This document shows, piece by piece, positions 63,867 through 64,000 of a stretch of DNA of 64,000 bases. The position numbers and the translations under genes were made by a program. Every line of letters begins with the position of its first letter. The first letter of the stretch is position 1. The notes under the pieces are model-generated. The model saw nothing but the letters and a program-made list of their open reading frames with translations, did no database searches and was not told where the DNA came from. The DNA comes from Chrysomallon squamiferum (Eukaryota > Animalia > Mollusca), in the NCBI GenBank assembly GCA_012295275.1, contig CM022670.1, positions 39,432,001 through 39,496,000 on the forward strand. The letters run 5' to 3'.

Positions 63867-64000
63867 GCTTCTCTGAGTTCGATAAACAACACGTGTCCTT
63901 ACGACATCTTTGGAAAATACGAAGACAAAAATTCTTCGTGTACTCTCGATATTGACGTCTGCTCTGATCATGCAGTTATCGCCCTTAGCAATGTCGGGCC
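61541..64000 (+). CDS. Tandem paralog (copy B) of the Cys-rich type I membrane protein, 5' part
   Basis: Exons 61541-61598, 62212-62410, 62903-63012, 63311-63415, 63868->64000. The four complete exons have the same sizes as copy A exons 1-4, with intact frames and splice sites. Homology begins at ~61485 vs ~38778. Confidence 0.88.

Overview
AT-rich, microsatellite-rich animal genomic DNA (invertebrate, probably a lophotrochozoan or mollusc; taxon is inferred). Most entries in the ORF track are low-complexity artefacts, so I rebuilt spliced gene models by hand from GT-AG sites and codon phases. Left to right: (1) 5' part of a secreted M12B (ADAM/ADAMTS-like) metalloprotease on the minus strand, running off the left edge; (2) a BTB-BACK-Kelch gene with a single coding exon (-), head-to-head with (3) a 13-exon ASNSD1 (+); (4) a 9-exon STK11/LKB1 (-), whose intron 2 is U2-type here although it is U12 AT-AC in human; (5) a 4-exon gene (-), essentially missed by the ORF track, encoding a secreted prepro three-finger (Ly6/uPAR, LU) protein with no GPI signal; (6) a 23-exon, ~1045-aa type I membrane protein (+) with a Cys-rich ectodomain and a ~700-aa cytoplasmic tail ending in a segment resembling TTC25/ODAD4; (7) a small signal-peptide plus single-FN3 gene or truncated gene (+); (8) a pentamer satellite; (9) a recent tandem paralog of gene 6, running off the right edge, with 15 amino-acid changes against 2 silent changes. 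Mobile elements include a hAT-like MITE, a fold-back mariner MITE and a tRNA-derived SINE. All homology calls come from recalled family motifs; no searches were run.
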